From Octopus bimaculoides (lineage: Eukaryota): a DNA stretch of 64,000 nucleotides. Where the stretch lies: the NCBI RefSeq assembly GCF_001194135.2, contig NC_068981.1:113300222-113364221 (forward strand), given 5' to 3'. Below are positions 62,106 through 64,000 of this stretch, in pieces. Made by a program: the position numbers and the translations under genes. The notes beneath the pieces were generated by a model. That model was not told the origin of the DNA, searched no databases, and saw only the letters and a list, made by a program, of their open reading frames with translations. Each line of letters opens with the position of its first letter. Position 1 is the first letter of the stretch.

Positions 62106-62932
62106 CTGTGTTTAACTTTAGGGAAACTTTTGTATTTCAATAAAGTGTATTTTATATNNNNNNNNNNNNNNNNNNNNNNNNNNNNNNNNNNNNNNNNNNN
62201 NNNNNNNNNNNNNNNNNNNNNNNNNNNNNNNNNNNNNNNNNNNNNNNNNNNNNNNNNNNNNNNNNNNNNNNNNNNNNNNNNNNNNNNNNNNNNNNNNNNN
62301 NNNNNNNNNNNNNNNNNNNNNNNNNNNNNNNNNNNNNNNNNNNNNNNNNNNNNNNNNNNNNNNNNNNNNNNNNNNNNNNNNNNNNNNNNNNNNNNNNNNN
62401 NNNNNNNNNNNNNNNNNNNNNNNNNNNNNNNNNNNNNNNNNNNNNNNNNNNNNNNNNNNNNNNNNNNNNNNNNNNNNNNNNNNNNNNNNNNNNNNNNNNN
62501 NNNNNNNNNNNNNNNNNNNNNNNNNNNNNNNNNNNNNNNNNNNNNNNNNNNNNNNNNNNNNNNNNNNNNNNNNNNNNNNNNNNNNNNNNNNNNNNNNNNN
62601 NNNNNNNNNNNNNNNNNNNNNNNNNNNNNNNNNNNNNNNNNNNNNNNNNNNNNNNNNNNNNNNNNNNNNNNNNNNNNNNNNNNNNNNNNNNNNNNNNNNN
62701 NNNNNNNNNNNNNNNNNNNNNNNNNNNNNNNNNNNNNNNNNNNNNNNNNNNNNNNNNNNNNNNNNNNNNNNNNNNNNNNNNNNNNNNNNNNNNNNNNNNN
62801 NNNNNNNNNNNNNNNNNNNNNNNNNNNNNNNNNNNNNNNNNNNNNNNNNNNNNNNNNNNNNNNNNNNNNNNNNNNNNNNNNNNNNNNNNNNNNNNNNNNN
62901 NNNNNNNNNNNNNNNNNNNNNNNNNNNNNNNN

Positions 62933-63110
62933 AACACACACACACACACACATATACGACAGGCTTCTTTCAGTTTCCATCTACCAAATCCACTCACAAG
63001 GCTTTGGTCAGCCCAAGGCTATAGCAGAAAACACTTGCCCAAAGTACCACGCAGTGGGACTGAACCCGAAACCATGTGGTTGAGAAGCAAGCTTCTTACC
63101 ACATAGCCAC
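62933..63110 (-). mobile_element. SINE family A head; microsatellite core runs into an N gap
   Basis: Same head sequence; (CA)n abuts the gap. Confidence 0.78.
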
Positions 63111-63127
63111 ATATATATATATATAAT

Positions 63128-63170
63128 AACGTTTCAGTTGATATACCCTCCAGTCTTCATCAGGGGTCTT
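63128..63170 (-). ncRNA. Ultra-minimal PLE-type hammerhead, 3' stem I lost
   Basis: Minus strand gaccc CTGATGA a GACTG gagggtatat CAACT GAAACGTT, then (TA)n. Confidence 0.5.
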
Positions 63171-64000
63171 GGGGAAATTTCGAACCTGGGTTCTCATTCC
63201 TAAGGTATTTTTCAATGTTACTATTATTATTATTATTATTTTTATTATTATTATTATTAGTGGACGGACGTGTCTCCAGGAGCTCCAGAAGTTTTTGGCC
63301 AATTTTTATTGGAAATATTGTTTAAACAACNNNNNNNNNNNNNNNNNNNNNNNNNNNNNNNNNNNNNNNNNNNNNNNNNNNNNNNNNNNNNNNNNNNNNN
63401 NNNNNNNNNNNNNNNNNNNNNNNNNNNNNNNNNNNNNNNNNNNNNNNNNNNNNNNNNNNNNNNNNNNNNNNNNNNNNNNNNNNNNNNNNNNNNNNNNNNN
63501 NNNNNNNNNNNNNNNNNNNNNNNNNNNNNNNNNNNNNNNNNNNNNNNNNNNNNNNNNNNNNNNNNNNNNNNNNNNNNNNNNNNNNNNNNNNNNNNNNNNN
63601 NNNNNNNNNNNNNNNNNNNNNNNNNNNNNNNNNNNNNNNNNNNNNNNNNNNNNNNNNNNNNNNNNNNNNNNNNNNNNNNNNNNNNNNNNNNNNNNNNNNN
63701 NNNNNNNNNNNNNNNNNNNNNNNNNNNNNNNNNNNNNNNNNNNNNNNNNNNNNNNNNNNNNNNNNNNTCTGTAGCCAAAAACGGGGGGTACATAGAAAAA
63801 AAATTAAATTTAAAAAAGGGGTGTTTTTTGGGGGGTACAAAAGGAAATCTTTCATTTTAAAATTTCAAATTTTGTTTTGAAACCTGTTAAATTTTGCCAA
63901 AATGAAGAGAACAGTAAACTGTTCTCTTCTTTGTCCACCACACCCTCTGTTAACAGACGACAAGACAAGTCGTACATCAAATATGAATATGCTCCACCCA

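Overview
Eukaryotic, gap-containing draft genomic DNA. The repeat families suggest a coleoid cephalopod such as Octopus (inference). The only host gene is an axonemal outer-arm dynein heavy chain (DNAH9/11/17 group) on the + strand. Six GT-AG exons are visible (25958-47355) and splice into one open frame covering the strut/buttress and AAA6 region; the flanking exons lie outside the window or inside N gaps. The remainder is nested, mostly decayed transposons: RTE and R4/Dong-like LINEs, tRNA-derived SINEs, Penelope-like elements (PLEs), mariner/Tc1, Helitrons, LTR elements, MITEs and microsatellites. The most notable signal no ORF explains is a dispersed set of about ten minimal type-I hammerhead-ribozyme motifs (CTGANGA...stem II...GAAA-palindromic stem III-GTH). 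Two sets sit beside PLE GIY-YIG remnants, one in an inverted pseudo-LTR arrangement. Other oddities: a fold-back mariner made of two 5' ends, an inverted pair of Helitron termini around a PIF1 remnant, and a tRNA-like gene with a Pol III terminator enclosed by inverted repeats. All motifs were found by eye, with no folding or database search; repeat boundaries are approximate unless termini are stated.
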